Shown one piece after another: positions 62,683-64,000 of a stretch of 64,000 bases of DNA. The stretch spans positions 56,048,001 through 56,112,000 of the forward strand of contig OZ320316.1 in the NCBI GenBank assembly GCA_976226885.1, in the 5' to 3' direction. This DNA is from Iphione sp. A-MEVVRFRX5 (taxonomy: Eukaryota). The position numbers and the translations under genes are program-made. The notes below the pieces were generated by a model, which was given only the letters and a program-made list of their open reading frames with translations, had not been told where the DNA came from and did no database searches. Each line of letters opens with the position of its first letter. The stretch's first letter is position 1.

Positions 62683-63025
62683 CAGGCCTGTAGCCAGGAA
62701 GTCATATGGGGGGTATCTCAGATTAAAGAGGTGGAACTCTTAGCTACAGAAGTGGAACTCCTGGNNNNNNNNNNNNNNNNNNNNNNNNNNNNNNNNNNNN
62801 NNNNNNNNNNNNNNNNNNNNNNNNNNNNNNNNNNNNNNNNNNNNNNNNNNNNNNNNNNNNNNNNNNNNNNNNNNNNNNNNNNNNNNNNNNNNNNNNNNNN
62901 NNNNNNNNNNNNNNNNNNNNNNNNNNNNNNNNNNNNNNACATGTTTAGGCCTATAAAGGTGGAACTCCTTGCTTTTCTGGCGGGTATCGGACGATACCCC
63001 CCATACCCCTTTGGCTACGAGCCTG
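62683..63025. mobile_element. hAT5-like MITE, copy 3, containing an internal tandem repeat and an assembly gap
   Basis: CAGGCCTGTAGCCA ... TGGCTACGAGCCTG, flanked by AGTTA on both sides. (A/G)GTGGAACTC units occur on both sides of the gap. Confidence 0.85.
62765..62938. other. Assembly gap (174 N)
   Basis: Run of N. Confidence 1.
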
Positions 63026-63699
63026 AGTTATACTGTTGAAATCTTAGACATAGGACGGTTTACCGCTCTTCATTGGAAGGTCTTTTAATTTGTGTTCAAA
63101 CAACATAACATTCTAATTTCAACGTGGTCCCTGGTCGCCTGGCTTTGATATACTGTTATCCTCTCTCTTAAGAGGGTCTTTTTATTTCAACTTTTCCAAG
63201 ACAGCAAGCAAGTGCATTTGCTATTGCTGATAACGTGTACCATATTCTACGTTTTTTTTAGTGTCAGCATTATGGACCTATTCTACAACTCGTTTAATTG
63301 ACTGCTTCTCAAAAAATCCATACTTTATTGGCAGGTCGAGCGATAGACTCAAACCGTTAGATCGGTAAATTCATTATTTTTTTGTCATGCCTTCACAGGC
63401 AGCAATGCAGATCTTGCTGATTACGGCATTCTGTTTTGTTGTTAAATTATTCCGAGTTCAAATATTCTGTGTTTCCGCTTCCCGGACTGAAGGACAAGAA
63501 TGTCATGTCTTATTTCTTAGGCCCGGTTTCCTTGTGTATGGATTTTTTCCCTACTCCATGCTACTGTGGAAAATTGGCCTCTTTTCTGGACAAGCACGGA
63601 AGCCAAGTTTCCTTGTGTACGGATTTTTATCCATCCTCCGTGTTTCTGAGGTATATGAACATTTTAAATATGACATAATATATGTACATGTATACACAT

Positions 63700-63781
63700 T
63701 TTTCATGGAGGTTGAGGCATATCAATAGAAATTGTGCAGTTTTTCATGGAAGCTGAGGCATATCGGTAGAAATTGTGCAGT
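63700..63781. repeat. 41-bp tandem duplication
   Basis: TTTTCATGGA(GGT/AGC)TGAGGCATATC(AA/GG)TAGAAATTGTGCAGT twice. Confidence 0.95.
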
Positions 63782-64000
63782 TATTATACAAACAAGCGCC
63801 TCCGGCGCCTGGACTCACACATACACGCACACACACACTTGCAATCCCCCTCCCACCCTGATTGGTCAAAGTACAAACTGCTATCAGGCCATCAGTGGCT
63901 GGGACCCCCATTCCCTTTTACAACCCTCGGTTCTGCATGACTGATCACAGGCCCAATGATACAAAGAAGACTACATGAAACTGCAAAAAGTAGTTCTACA

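Overview
This is eukaryotic, AT-rich, repeat-dense DNA that looks like a marine invertebrate (host not identifiable from sequence), with two assembly gaps. I found no intact host protein-coding gene, rRNA, bona fide tRNA or CRISPR array. Almost all ORF-track entries are chance ORFs or transposon fragments. The window holds decayed non-LTR retrotransposons (several CR1-group LINEs and an RNase H-bearing I-group LINE), MITE families (one with 5-bp TSDs confirmed in three copies, one with an AATT TSD, and an Academ-like family), a solo LTR, SINE heads, micro- and minisatellites, and a few promoter/enhancer-like motif clusters. The most interesting signal is not in the ORF track. It is a fossil Ty3/Gypsy-like pol on the minus strand (~7.7-10.4 kb) in which PR, RT and a Gypsy RNase H/tether are followed by a second, cellular RNase H1-type domain and then integrase, the dual-RNase-H layout of retroviruses, lokiretroviruses and Odin elements. 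A second, different fragment with the same tether+RH layout (~2.0-2.4 kb) lies upstream of a decayed signal-peptide glycoprotein (env-like) frame. All protein assignments come from manual translation across stops and frameshifts and need HMM confirmation.
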